A stretch of 47,233 nt of DNA from Amoebophrya sp. A120. Lineage: Eukaryota; Protista; Dinoflagellata. The translations under genes and the position numbers were made by a program. Below the pieces are notes generated by a model. It saw only the letters and a list, made by a program, of their open reading frames with translations. It was not told where the DNA came from and ran no database searches. Every line of letters starts with the position of its first letter. Position 1 is the stretch's first letter. The stretch is taken from positions 5,716,495 through 5,763,727 of the forward strand of contig CAJINV010000001.1 of the NCBI GenBank assembly GCA_905178155.1, given 5' to 3'. This document shows, piece after piece, positions 24,201 through 36,001 of this stretch.

Positions 24201-24440
24201 TCACTTACTCGCCACAGCCGCGTAGTAGCCGGCGGTGGTATTGTAGTCTTCCTCCGACATGCCTTCCAGGCCGGGCGGTGCCGAGAACCCGGGGGGTGGG
24301 TGCACCATTTTCTTCTTGCCGCTCTTTGGCGGTTTTTGCGTCCCGAGAAATGTGCCCGCGGCGCCGTAGCCACTTGCGGGCGCAGCGCCCGTCTGCGCGT
24401 AGTAGCCACCGCCAACTGGAGCGTAGTACTGCCCGTGCAT
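21279..24440 (-). CDS. Multi-exon low-complexity (Tyr/Gly/Ala-rich, then charged coiled-coil) protein of unknown function
   Basis: GC-rich exons (about 24440-24208, 24045-23498, 23263-23045, 22860-22760, 22090-22010, 21816-21626, 21448-21279) are separated by AT-rich GT-AG introns. Removing the 22096 element gives EQEERREHPDDLHKQQKE in frame. It may splice on into the DnaJ_C exons. Confidence 0.6.
22096..22759. mobile_element. Introner family E (TIR core cccctccccatatcgaaa), 664 bp, carrying a helicase fragment
   Basis: Direct repeat tgctc at 22091-22095 and 22760-22764. Left end tatcaagagggaacgccccccctccccatatcgaaa; right end tttcaatatggggaggggacatttttcctcacaata. Confidence 0.9.
22316..22690 (-). 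pseudogene. Fragment (~125 aa) of a D5-like / SF3 primase-helicase inside the introner
   Basis: ALCGESAPAPQKLFCFVGLGGAGKSTMISDLLRTCFG...FRKAGHRLIGKVIAAEQ resembles the D5/P4-type pattern L.G....QK.F...G.GGNGKST...LL...G...RL.GK....E. Walker A is at 22448-22474. Truncated at both ends. Recognised by eye. Confidence 0.72.
22889..22909 (+). repeat. (TTTAGGG)3 telomere-type repeat inside an intron
   Basis: Three exact copies. Confidence 0.8.
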
Positions 24441-25812
24441 ACTGCTCGCTGCCTTATTGTTGCGCCCTCGCTCGCATATATCGATCCAGTGTCAGCACTG
24501 GCGAATCTCTCTTTCTGTGTACAGTATCCAAAACTACTTTTATGCCGGTCACTTGATACAAGTGCGGACCTTAATATTTCTTTCTTACGCTGTAGCCTAT
24601 TCTCCTCGGTCTGCGGTCTCTATTGTTTTCCATTGACTACGCTTGGGGAAAAATCCAAGCGGATGTGTTGGCCGGGGGCGACAACAGTAAGTTGAGGGTT
24701 CATCCGGGGTAGTTGTTTGTAAGCGAGTTCTTGGAATAAACTCCAAAAATAGTCCGGTGCTCACTTTTGTGCAGGAAGTGCCTAGAACTCACTTCTATGT
24801 TCGGTGAAATGATAGAAACCAGAAAGAAATTGGCCACGTGATGGAATACACCCGCAGTTCGAAGTCAATGTTTGTCCTGTGACTATAGCTAAGGTCAAAA
24901 AAAAATCAAAATCTAGTCCAGCGCTGCCTATCTACATACAACTACGGGTCGGAAACTGATTCCGAAAAGTGTCCTGTTTCAAATCTGCAAAAGTCGCAAA
25001 AGTTGGAAGGCAAGAAGCAACACGTTGCATCAAGAACAAAATTCCATACATTCATCATCAATCCCTGTGAGTTGCACGCTTTGGCGCAACATCTCTAGTT
25101 GGTTAATAAAGTCTGGAGGCTGTATGCCGCTGTAGATCCTTTTGCCTCTCGCTGTACAGCGTGCGCTGCTCTCGTCAATTGCAATACATAGGGACAACTT
25201 GCATACTCTAAGATAAATTGAAGAGCCTGCGTCTCTGTTTTCGCTTTGCCAATTGCTCTATTCAGTTTTACAGATATTAGCTTATTTGATGATCGCCTCA
25301 TAAATGCAGTCAACTCTTTCAGCTCCTCTTGCCGCCGCTCGTAAAAGCAATCGGTCATCTCCTCAAAAAGTTTTTCAATTTCATGGCAACACGGTATTAT
25401 AGTCGGCATTCATCACCTCAACTGCTCTTCACTGCGATGGATGCACGAAAATGCGTCAACGCACGAACACGTCTGCTACAAATACACGGAGAAACACGAC
25501 GGCACTTTCGCGAAGATTGTTCTTCTTAGACTTAAGGAGTCTGCTCTCCACCTTGCGCAAAAGTCTTCTCTATCTATCGTTCTACGAACCACTCGGCGTT
25601 CCTCTTTCTACAATGCGGTGATGTCGCGGTCGCTGAAATTCGCTGGGGATGGGGGGGAGCCGCGGGGGTCCTTACAAAAAGGGTCTATCTTCTTCTTCCT
25701 GTGGTTGCGACATAGGTGAAATCGTCCTGGGGCTCTTGCTCAACGACGGCCAAAACGGCGTCGGAGCACGTAGACAGGCTGCCGCACTTCTTCCCAAAAT
25801 GAATAACCCTCG

Positions 25813-28002
25813 TCACACCACCCCTTTGGGACTCGCCAACTTGACCGGTAGGGGCACAAACCACCGCCAGTTGATCGTCTTGCCGCTGCCGCAGACCTCG
25901 GCGAGGGCCCGCACGAACAGCCTTCGGCCGCCCGTGGGCTTCACCGAGCTCGTCGGCGGGGGCGGCCCCGAAGTACCACAGCACGAGACGAAGCATGGCC
26001 CGCTTCCGCACCACCCCGAAGACGTTGCGTGGTGAGAAAAATTTTGCCGAACGGAACTGCCCCCGCTGTCGCCACAGCAGGAACTGCAGATGGAGCTGTC
26101 GTTTGGGGGAACCACCGTACCGTCGCGAATGTACGAGGGATGGGTCGGGTCAATGATGCCCCCGTTGAGGTTGTAATTCCTCTGGTGCGCACCCGTCGTT
26201 CCGCCATACTCTTGGGCTTGCTTCTGTAGCTGTTCTTGCTCCGCGCGGGCTTTCTCTCGGATCTCCCGCTCTGCGCGCTTGGCCTGATGTGAAACAACAT
26301 TCATTTTAGTAGAAAGTGGTAGCAGCTCCTACACAACAAGAACTCAGCGTCTGTTTATCTTTGCGGATGCGATGGGATTGCATCTGGAGAAGCAAACTTG
26401 TGTGTAAAAGTCCCCAAATTCCTCTTTACCTGCAATTGCTCGATCAGGGTTTGATCGCTCGTTATCGCGGAGATTTGGTCGCAGCTCATCGCGCAGGTGA
26501 ACAACCCGAAAGTGGCGCCCTATGGATTGCAAAAATGTCTGGGTCTGGAAACTACTTGTAATGCTAAAAGTGAATGGTAGAACTACTCAAAAAGGCAGCT
26601 ATGCATGACAAATTTTTTGGCTCCCATGTCTTACGGATTCCGCATGGCAAACTGCGTTTTTGCATGACAGGTAAGAGGGCCTTTTCGTGCCTATGCAACA
26701 CAGATTCTCGAGTCATGCCAGACAGGCATGACAAACTTGCATTCTTCCAGACCCAGACATTTTTACATTTGATACGCCCATGAAAAGTACCAGGATCCCG
26801 CCCACCAGGGACCACTCGTCCGGGTTGCACAGCTCCCGCTCGTGCTTCGTCCACGGGTGATAAGAGTTCGAGCGTCGTCGGTTCGTACTGCTGGTTGGGT
26901 AGGCGCGATGCAGGGGCGACACGTCCCCGCTGCTCGTCCAATCCTCCGACGGCAACAGCCGTCTCCGCGGCGCGCTCGGATCAGCGGCCTGTCCCGTGAG
27001 ACTGGTGGGCTCTATCAGGCTGGTGGATCCGTGCGTTTCATACCCGTCTAGCTCGGCGAAAGACAAAGGCGAACTGGCGTCGTCGACGTGCGGTCCACCT
27101 TTGTCGTGCTGGCCATGATCCGGCTTTGTTCCCCCGGACGAAGAGAAGACGTGCTCGCCTGGCCCCGTAAGGTCCGCATTTGATGCTAACGGGGTTGCAA
27201 AAAATTCCCCGTGGTGTCCGAAGCAGTCGTAGGCCCGCAGTCCCACAAAGCCGATGGACATCCAGCTCATGAGGAATACGTAGAACAGGAATAAAAGAAA
27301 GTGCTTCTGGTTATACTGCCCCACGCAGTTGTTTACCCAGGGACAGTGGTGATCCATCTTCATGATGCATCGCTTGCAAACCTGAGTTTTCATTTTTTTT
27401 TATCCGCGTTGGAGGTTTTCGTTGTCGAAAGTGAGTGCCTTTTTCTGGACTTTATCATCTTTACGCGTGGGACAACACTAAAAACAAAAAGCCTAGATTG
27501 ATCGGAAGACCTAGGCTCGATTAACAATCACAGCAACAGCATCGTGAGTAACTTACTATTATACCGAGCAGTGGTGGGCCCGATTCGGCTTGCGCTGCTT
27601 GCACTTTTTGCACATGCGAATCGGGCCCGCCTCGACGTCAAAGCCGACGTCGACGGCCGACTTTGTGCAGAAGTCGTCCAACGCCTGCCCGCCCGCGGGG
27701 TCGTCGCCCACTAGCGGCACCGCGCCCGGGTCGGTGAGCATGCAGGTGAGGTGGGACCAGATCGCCATGCCGACCACGGCGAGGTAGAGCAGAATCAAAC
27801 ACCCCCGGATCGGGAGCGGGATGGTGTCGTAGGTGGCCAGGATCTGAAACGTGGTCGTGTACGCGCTGCTGAGCAGAATCAGGTAGGCGAGGAAAACACA
27901 GATCACCCCCGCGGGCTCGCAAATGCACCATATCTTGCTGCTCTTGTTCCCAGCACTGTCCTTCTGCGTGACGGAGGCGGGAAACACGGCACTCAGTGCC
28001 AT
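25813..28002 (-). CDS. DHHC palmitoyltransferase (ZDHHC3/7-like)
   Basis: [20 protein letters not shown]|[31 protein letters not shown] (intron 27564-27382). After introner removal [33 protein letters not shown]-terminal ALAEVCG..WRWFVPL. Confidence 0.93.
26521..26774. mobile_element. Introner family A, 254 bp; ends in the opposite orientation to the copies at 5862 and 20729
   Basis: Direct repeat cgccc at 26516-26520 and 26775-26779. TIR tgtctgggtctggaa / ttccagacccagaca. Confidence 0.93.
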
Positions 28003-29095
28003 CTGCCGCTGCTGGCAGCAATATTTGGATCTGCGGCAGCGGTTCCTGGCTTCCCCACTTCAGAAGGAAGTTAGCGTTAAACGTAGAACCCTTGCTCGAA
28101 CGCTGGTGACCTGTTGTGGCGCCGAGCTTCTACACAGGATCGCAGCGTTGGCCTGGCGCAGAGGTGGCGCGTCCGTGCTAGTCGGGGAAAGGTCGGAGTA
28201 TCGAAACAGGCCCGGCCAGAGCGCGACATCATTCCTCAACACGCTTTTTATCTTTTATTTCCCGACAAGGATAAGTCTAATACATCGATGCCCCGCGAAC
28301 AACTCAAACTTGGTTTGATTATTCTGATTCTCAAAATCAAATAACCGAATTTATTGCTCTGAAACTGCGTCTGCTAGTATAATTCGCTACACAAAGACTT
28401 GGGCAAACACCTCCTAACAAATGAATTAGTAAAGTGATTTGTAACAACCGTCAAGGAAAGATAGCCCGTTGCTCAAGTCGTTAATCGCCCTGAAGAAATC
28501 AGTCACATGCTGCCGGTAATATCATGGAACTACTACGTTGCCACCGACTTGCACCTCTATCGACGATGGGAAGGCGATGCTGCAACTTTTAGGGGAAATA
28601 GCGGAACCGAAAGAGAAGTTTTTTTTCTACTGTGATCCCGTATTCATCATATGCGGCAACGGCGATGTGAGAGCGCCTCCGAACACCTGTTGGCAGCGCG
28701 AGATGGATCTTTGGCCTCGGTGGTCGGCAACAGAAATGCCAGGACGTGGGCATTACCCTACGTCATCTTGTTACACAGATATCTTCGATCGAATGAGAGA
28801 GGACTTCTATAGCATGGATTTGCTTTCTTTGCGATTTCTTTACATGACATTTTGTTTTTTTTTTTTGAAAAAACTACCACACATACCTTTTCCGCTCACA
28901 ACTATTGTTGTGGCTCATGTACTTGAAACTATTTGCGAACGAAACTCCGCCAGAGTACGAAAAATTATTGGTTTGGTATAAAATGTTTCCACAGTACCCA
29001 GCATGCACATGTCAAAAGTTGTCAGCATATCTTCATTGCAAAGCAGTTGTAAGCCACGCTGCTTTCCATTTGGAAACGTTCCAGCCACCAGACGT

Positions 29096-29910
29096 TTACC
29101 TGCTCACAGCTGCATTCACAGTGACTCCGGCCGGTGGGACCTCCGCAATCTTCTGCAGCATGAAGGCGGTGATAGCGTCCAGATCGGCCATGCAGTTGGT
29201 AGCGTCCAATCCATCGGCACTGAGGCAACCGCGTCGCCACTCCGCCATAAACTGCGACGCGTAGGTGTCTGCGAACTGGTCAATCATTTGGTCCAGCTGC
29301 CCGCCCGTCTGTGGGCTTTGCTCCTGTATTGGGTTTTGTACTGACGATTCGAGTTTCAACATCGCCATAGTACTTTTCGTTTCGCTTTCGCGCCATAATT
29401 GACTTTGACATAACAACCTTTTCCACTAAAGAACTACGCCTCTGAGGGTTTAGTAGTGTCGCCAAACAGCTCAAGATACCGCATCCGCGTATCCTGAGTA
29501 AAAGTGTACCCATACCAGAGTCAGGATGGGGATTTTGCAACACAAACCTAGGAGTTTTGGGAGTCACACATGACAAGTTTCAGTCCGTAAGGTAGTGCAA
29601 GTTAGCAAGGAAAGCCGCATCACAAATCGACCTGCTGATCCTGTTTATAGCATTACAAGTTCCCAAACACGATTGAAAATGCCTCTCATGGGGTTGCGCA
29701 TCACAAATGTTCCTGTCGTGGCAAATCTGCATGACAACTCTGGGGTGGGGACGTTTTTACACAGGATACCGCGGTGGTTTGCATTTGCAGTAGCGACGAA
29801 GATGCCTGCTCGAGTTCCGCCTGTCTTGGTTCCAGCAGGGACTGCCGGGCCAATTTCTCTTCCAGCAAGTCCGCGGCGTCTGTTTTTTGAAAATGATAGC
29901 AAGTAGGCAT
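29096..29910 (-). CDS. Exons of a hypothetical protein; full structure unresolved
   Basis: Coding-like stretches DAADLLEEKLARQSLLEPRQAELEQ and QLDQMIDQFADTYASQFMAEWRRGCL flank an introner. No recognised domain. Confidence 0.35.
29490..29768. mobile_element. Introner, family B-related, 279 bp
   Basis: Direct repeat ccgcg at 29485-29489 and 29769-29773. Left end tatcctgagtaaaagtgtacccataccagagt; reverse complement of the right end tatcctgtgtaaaaacgtccccaccccagagt. Confidence 0.88.
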
Positions 29911-30495
29911 CTAAGTGGTGGATCTGCATCATACATAATCACAAGATTCTGCAGCTTTGCAACAACCTTTTAAGTTGTACCTGCCGTGACAATTTCGGCT
30001 GAACTGGCCGCTGCACAGGTGGTACCCAAGGCAAACGATAGGAAGTGTCTCATGTTTGCGTGTTCTTCGGCTTAGCCGAGCCAAAAAGTAGACGCAGTAC
30101 AATGGCTTCGCCTCTAGAATAGAAAAGAATTCCTGTGCAGTGGACACGATGAATCTGAATGGAGTATTGGGAAGTCTCTCTGATCAACACTCTCTCGCCC
30201 CTTTCGCTTACTCACGCTCCAATCAGCAGTCTGAAGCCGAGCGGCGCCCTCCCCATCGATTTCCCTCCTGCTGCCCCCGGGTCTGATCGCTCCCCATTCG
30301 GGCGCACGGCAATAGAATGCGCAGTGTGTGAATCAATATGCGACATGCTCGTAATTTTGCTGGCGCGCACCTTTGCGTCCTACTTTTGCGGGAGAGCGAG
30401 TAAGGGACAAAAAGGAAGCTAACCCCAGAAGTTCGAACACATAAGGCCCATTTCCGCTTCCATTTTGACAACTTTTCTTCAGCGAGAAGATTTAT

Positions 30496-32128
30496 TCACG
30501 CCTTCTTCTTATGCTTTGGTTTGTTGCGCTCGCTCGGCGAGGGCGGTGACCTATCTCCCGTTTCCAGCTGCATGGTGAGCAGCGGGCCTTTATTTCCTTG
30601 CGGGCTGTCCGGCGGCCGGGCACTGGTTTTCACCGCCAGCTGTTGCTGCTTCCGGCGTTCCATCTGCAAGAGCTGCGTCTCACGCTCCTCTTCCAATAGA
30701 TCGTACATCAGATGGATGCCGTCCGTGAACGTTTTGACCATTTTCACCCGCTCCTTTTCCGCCTCCCCGCGAAAATCCACGCCGCTCAGCTTGTTCGCTA
30801 GCTGCGCCCGTAATTGTGCCAACCCGCTGTGTATGAACTGCACGAGTATCGTACTCGTATAAACGCATGACAAATTCCCTCAGCATGAGAGATAAAATTT
30901 GTTATGCTGATTTACATTGATAAAAAAATTTGTAATGCATGACTGCAATACGAGTACGATACTTTTGCACAGGATACTGTGGTCGGGGCTCTGCTGCTGG
31001 TCTCGCGGCGACCGACTCGCGCCCGTCTCCTCCTCGTAGCGGGGGGACGCCTGGACGTTCCACGCGGCGAAATCGGGGGTGGGCGGCCGCGACTCCTCTT
31101 GCCCGCCGCTCTCCGCCTGCGCGTGCGCGGTGGGAGAGTTGGCCTGCGGCGGTATGGCGGTCTGCAACTTCTGGATCAGCGCGCTCTGCAACTCGCACAG
31201 ATATTGTGCCTCCACGCGCGGATCCTCCCAGGAAGAAACGCCCAGAGCCTGCGGGTTTTTGGAGTTTATTTGTTGCGAAAATGCGAGCACTGGAGCGATT
31301 GCACTCAAATTGTTCTTGCGGTGTCGTCCTCTATGTACGGAACAAACGGAATTCAAACTTACTCTGGTACATTCTAGTCCGAAAACAAAAGAACAGCACC
31401 TGATTCACAAAGTACTGCCGCCCCTCCGCCACGTAGGGTCCGTGCCACTCCCCTAACGAGTCCCGGAACTGCTGCCAAAGCAGCGTCATCTGCTCGTTGA
31501 TCACGTGCTGGTAGGGATTCTCCATGTAGAGCCGCCCGATGTCCACGACCTGGCGAATGTAGGGGAGTAAGGGACTTTCCCACTGGCTCTGCTGCGTGTC
31601 ACCATCGACGAAGTACTTCTCCAGATCATCCGTCAGGTGCTCCGACCACCGGGGGGGTAGGGGTGACTGCAAGCCGATTATCAAGCAGAAAAATCCCCCC
31701 TCCCCATATCAGAGCGGAAGTCTGTGATGCAGATTTATGGTCAGCTCTGTCATGCCAAAAGGGAAGAGATGCGGACTGTAGTGCTGGCTGGCGTGGGAAA
31801 GCCTTGCATCTTCAGCATGACAGGAGGCAGCTGGAAGCGGGAAACAGCATGACAAATTGCCTGCAAGCGGGGCGACAACTGCGGCTCTTGGCCTTCTAGC
31901 AATACAAGCCGATCTGTGTACTCAAGTACAGCATCATAAATCACGTTTTCGATATGGATTGGGGGGATTTTTCCTTTTGATACCGATCTTCACCACCCAC
32001 ACAAGCGGTTTCTCGTATTCTACGTCGATCCCCAGCTCCTCGCACAGCTGCAGCGCCGCCGGGTCCTCGCCCAGCAGCTCGTCGTCCTCATCGCCATCAA
32101 ATTGCATTTTGAGTTTGATTTCGTCCAA
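30496..32128 (-). CDS. Tandem WW-domain protein (first domain CEP164-N-like) with a C-terminal coiled coil
   Basis: After introner removal: LGIDVEYEKPLVWVVKIGLQSPLPPRWSEH...YFVDGDTQQSQWESP. A second WW, GEWHGPY..GRQYFVNQ|ALGVSSWEDP, spans a GT-AG intron. Start codon uncertain. Confidence 0.75.
30832..30976. mobile_element. Introner family D (TIR core agtatcgtactcgtat), 145 bp
   Basis: Direct repeat ctgtg at 30827-30831 and 30977-30981. Removal gives SPDHSGLAQLRAQ. Confidence 0.92.
31679..31982. mobile_element. Introner family E, 304 bp
   Basis: Direct repeat ccgat at 31674-31678 and 31983-31987. TIR tatcaa....aaaaatcccccc...ccatatc. Removal gives VVKIGLQSPLP. Confidence 0.92.
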
Positions 32129-32540
32129 TGCGAAAATTTTTTAAGTAGTTCTGAAATCTACGGCTACTTGCAGGAGCTCCACGTTGCTCAATTACCCAAA
32201 CCGGACCGCTCAATTCAGCAACGGTGTGTAGTCCCTTCTCCTCTGGTAACCAGCCTTGCGGCACGATATCTTTACAGAACTTCTGACTGATCCATACACG
32301 ATGACAACTAGTACACCCTCGGCGCACACCGCTGCGCGCTGTCAGCAGTCGCGGACAGAAGTGCATGTATTCCGAAGAGGAAGATCGGAACTCGTTTGTT
32401 ATACAAACATGTAAACCCCGCTCTTCTTGAAGCTGCCATTACACAACGAGCTGGTAGTTAGTCAGCCAGGCTGCGAGAGTCGCAGCGTGTTTTCGCAGAA
32501 GGTCAAAACTTTCATTTTTTGTGCTTGGCATATGAAATAA

Positions 32541-33671
32541 CTATGCGCCCATCAAAATTTCAGGCTGTTTTTTTGTCGGTACCGCGAAGGTGTCGTCAAG
32601 CGACGTGACACGGTACACGTAATCCTTGTACACGTTCAAAATTGCCTCGTGCCGCTCCGTGCTCCTGTCCGCTAGGCAATCTTCGAGGAGCGACACTTTG
32701 TACCCGCGCATGAACGCGCCCAGAGCACTAGCCTGCACGCAGGCCGACGTAACCATACCCGCAATGAAAACTTTCTCAATTTTGTGCGTGCGCAACATTC
32801 CGTCGAGCCCCGTGTCCAGAAACGCGTCAAAGTTCGGCTTCTCCAGGACAACTTCTTTCGGGCCGGTCGAAGTGGGACAAGCGGATGAACCGCGGCTCTC
32901 TGCCCCGAATGTACTAGTAGAAGCATTACGCTCGGACATGTACGGCTCATCGTTTTCGTTGCCGCTGCTCGCAGGGACGATAACTGGGTCAACGCTTACT
33001 CGAAGATCCGCGCCCTCCAAATGTTCCTCCTGAATGCAGCCCCAAACCTTCTTCTTAAATTCGACATGGAGATTTTGACCTGTCTTCTCTATTTCTGCCC
33101 GACTGAGTGCGAAAGGCTCTGGCGTGTTCCTCACTCCTGCTGCAATTTTCTCCGGATTCAGTTCTGAAAAGAATTCCGTCCAGCGCGAGCCTTTCTCCGG
33201 TCCGTAAACCGCGCGCACGTGAACGATTAGATCGACTCCGGTTTTGGCTTCACCTACTTGGTCCTCTTTCATCGGAAGCGCACCCGCACCGTCACCCACT
33301 CCGGGCCTCAAAGTCCCTCCCTCCCTCGCGCGCCGTAGCAGCTCTTCAATTTTGCCGGGGAAGTTCGGGAATGCAGCCTGTATGTTGGGGTTCGCGGACC
33401 AGAAGTCCTCTTGAACGTCGATCAGCAGCAACGCGACTCTGGAAGGAGCAGCAACTTGAAGGCTTTGCGGCGTTTTTTCACCTGTGTCAAGGCCACTGGT
33501 GTAGGAGGTGCATGATGCCGGCGACTGCTCTGCACACAGTAGGGAAGATTCCGTCACATCGCCGTTGCCCCGCAGCCATCCGAAGCCCGCCGATGAAGTT
33601 GTTTTGTTGACAAAAACGCTCGCCACGTGGGCAACTTTCGCAAACGACAGAAACCGAAAAACGACCTTCAT
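32541..33671 (-). CDS. Isochorismatase / cysteine hydrolase family protein, single ORF
   Basis: ALLLIDVQEDF, LEKPNFDAFLDTGL, IAGMVTSACVQASALGAFMRGYKVSLLEDC (Asp-Lys-Cys triad motifs). Confidence 0.9.
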   Translation of the reverse strand: MKVVFRFLSFAKVAHVASVFVNKTTSSAGFGWLRGNGDVTESSLLCAEQSPASCTSYTSGLDTGEKTPQSLQVAAPSRVALLLIDVQEDFWSANPNIQAAFPNFPGKIEELLRRAREGGTLRPGVGDGAGALPMKEDQVGEAKTGVDLIVHVRAVYGPEKGSRWTEFFSELNPEKIAAGVRNTPEPFALSRAEIEKTGQNLHVEFKKKVWGCIQEEHLEGADLRVSVDPVIVPASSGNENDEPYMSERNASTSTFGAESRGSSACPTSTGPKEVVLEKPNFDAFLDTGLDGMLRTHKIEKVFIAGMVTSACVQASALGAFMRGYKVSLLEDCLADRSTERHEAILNVYKDYVYRVTSLDDTFAVPTKKQPEILMGA

Positions 33672-34316
33672 GGTAGAAGCAACTGCGAAGACTAAGAGAG
33701 CCTGGAATCAGTGTATGTGAACTTGTCGTCGCAGAAATAAAGCCGATTGGTTCATAGACAGAGTACTGATGAACACACGTCGTCAGCCAAGAGAAACGAA
33801 TCGTGCGCTCTGCTTGCGCTCGTACGCCGAATTTCTAGCGGTAGATTCAGAAAAAGTTCGGTTGAAAACTCCAGCGATCCAGAAACGGTGAAAGTTGTAC
33901 TTACGCCGAGACACACAAGTAGCGGCTCTTGCGATGCGTCCTTGGGGTAATTCTCTCTGGGGGACCAGAAGGAAAATAAATGAGCACTACCTGAGTTTAC
34001 TTTGGAATGGGAAAATCATGAAACACAAAAAAGACTTCTTCCTACCATGTGAATGCGTACATCTACTAAACCACTTCCCTAATTCGCGAAGGACCCACAA
34101 CTCCTTCCTTCCAGTTCCAACTACTTTTAGCTATTTAAGCACTTATTTCGAGCAAACGTGAGTCAGAGTACGGCGGACACTAGATGCAAAAAATCCACCA
34201 TCGGTTGCCCCGTCGAAAGAGGCGCGTATGCTTCTGAAACTTGCGAGGGCTAGCAATAGCATGGCTTGTATTCTCTAGGAAAAAAATCGGAGAAGCAAAA
34301 ACATCCACCCCCTGTC

Positions 34317-35150
34317 TCATACAATGATGATCTCGTCTGGTGCGCCCCTTTTTGCAGCGCAGGAGCTGCAGCAAGCCGCGAAGAGACCGCCGCCGCCAGG
34401 GGAGGCAACTGCTGATCCCGACGACGAGCCGGCAGCAGCGCCGTCGGCCGCGCCGGCCCCTCCAGCAGCTGGCTTCTGTCCGGCCAGGCCGACGCTTTTT
34501 GCACGTGGAACAGTCGGCTCAGACGCGCCCGGACGCTGATAGAGCATTTGCAACGGCCGGATCTTCGTCAACGCGTTCATCTTCTCATCCGGGGTCAGCT
34601 CGGAGTAACCTTTGCCGTCGATGGCAATCAGCTCGTCGTTCACCTGTACGCCAATTTCCACGGCGAAACCGGACGCACCTATCCACGACACTTGGCGGCC
34701 CTTCATGCGGCACCCCGGAGTCTTGTCCTGCAACTGCCCCACAATCGTTTGGCACTGAAGTGATGATTTTATGCGATACAAACAAGTGCTTCCAGAAATT
34801 AATTTAATGTCGCGCCAAAAATCTAGCCAAAAACACAAGTAACAGCCAACTTATTTTGTGATCCGATAAGCCAGGTCTCAACGGAAAAAAAAACGTACCC
34901 GCTGCTGGGGTCGGTCCAGCTTGAGCTTTAAATTGGCGCCGCTGAGCAGTTGCTTTCGCTTGGCCAAGTCTGTGACGGTGGTCAAGGGCGTGCCGTTCAC
35001 ATCGACGAGCACATCCCCGATGTCGAGCTGGCTCGCGGGAAGGCTCGCCGCCCAAGAGTTTGGATTTACCAGCACGACCTTGCCCTCGTTAATCACAATG
35101 CCGCCGAGGTCCTTCTTCTCGTTCGGACAGGTGAGGGTGACCGACGACAT
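34317..35150 (-). CDS. Small tandem-PDZ protein with a C-terminal Cys cluster
   Basis: VNPNSWAA...LDIGDVLVDVNG and GVQVNDELIAIDG, joined by GT-AG intron 34898-34755. Ends LFAACCSSCAAK... Confidence 0.75.
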
Positions 35151-36001
35151 GTTTTTTTTTTCTTGGCACTAGAAGAGTTGAGACTAATTAAATACAAGGT
35201 TGAAGCCACAAGACTTTTGTTTTTGAAAAAAATATTAACGATGCCGCGCAGGAGGTGCTAGTCGCACGGGCGTAAAATTGAGAGAGAAAAAAATGGGGTC
35301 GTCGTGGCGACGAAGGGTAAATAAAAGTTTGGGGTCTGCAGAAATCGAAGGAAGACGGGTTCTGGAGAACATTCGAACGGCGACGGCGAGCTGTACCGAC
35401 CACAATTTCTAGTGCTTCTTGTCCTTCCATTCATATTCCTAGCCATCAAGTGGTTTGTGCACGAAATCATGTGTATCCGGACCGATGGACGTTGGAATTA
35501 ACGACTAAAGAGAATTCTGGCAATTGATGAACGAAAACCGAAGCACGCAACAGCACCATCTGGCTAAAAGGACGAAAAACCGAAGGAAAACTTTTCAATC
35601 ACGATCGACTTTTTTGGTATGAGAGAACGATGCCGACCGACGTTTTTTCAACTACGCGGAATGGAACAAGCGGTGAGAAAAGGCATGAGAAATTACCTCG
35701 TCCAGGTGACATTGGCCCGTCATATGAAAGTTGCTTTATGATTATCAATTTCAAGGCTCTTCACCATGCCAAAAAAAATTGAGCTGTTCCAAAAGTTTCA
35801 GGATACATTACCTTTGTGGTCGTGTAAATCATACAGAAACTGGCAAAATCTCCAACAAAATGCAAAAAAGGGACTATCGAAATATCAGCTACTGGGCACA
35901 CGCCGCAGCAGGCAGGCTTTCTAGTGCCGAAAAAACCTTGCAATCATACACGGAAGCGAAGAAGATGGTGAAATTCAATTTTTCTTGCCTTCTGATCTCT
36001 A

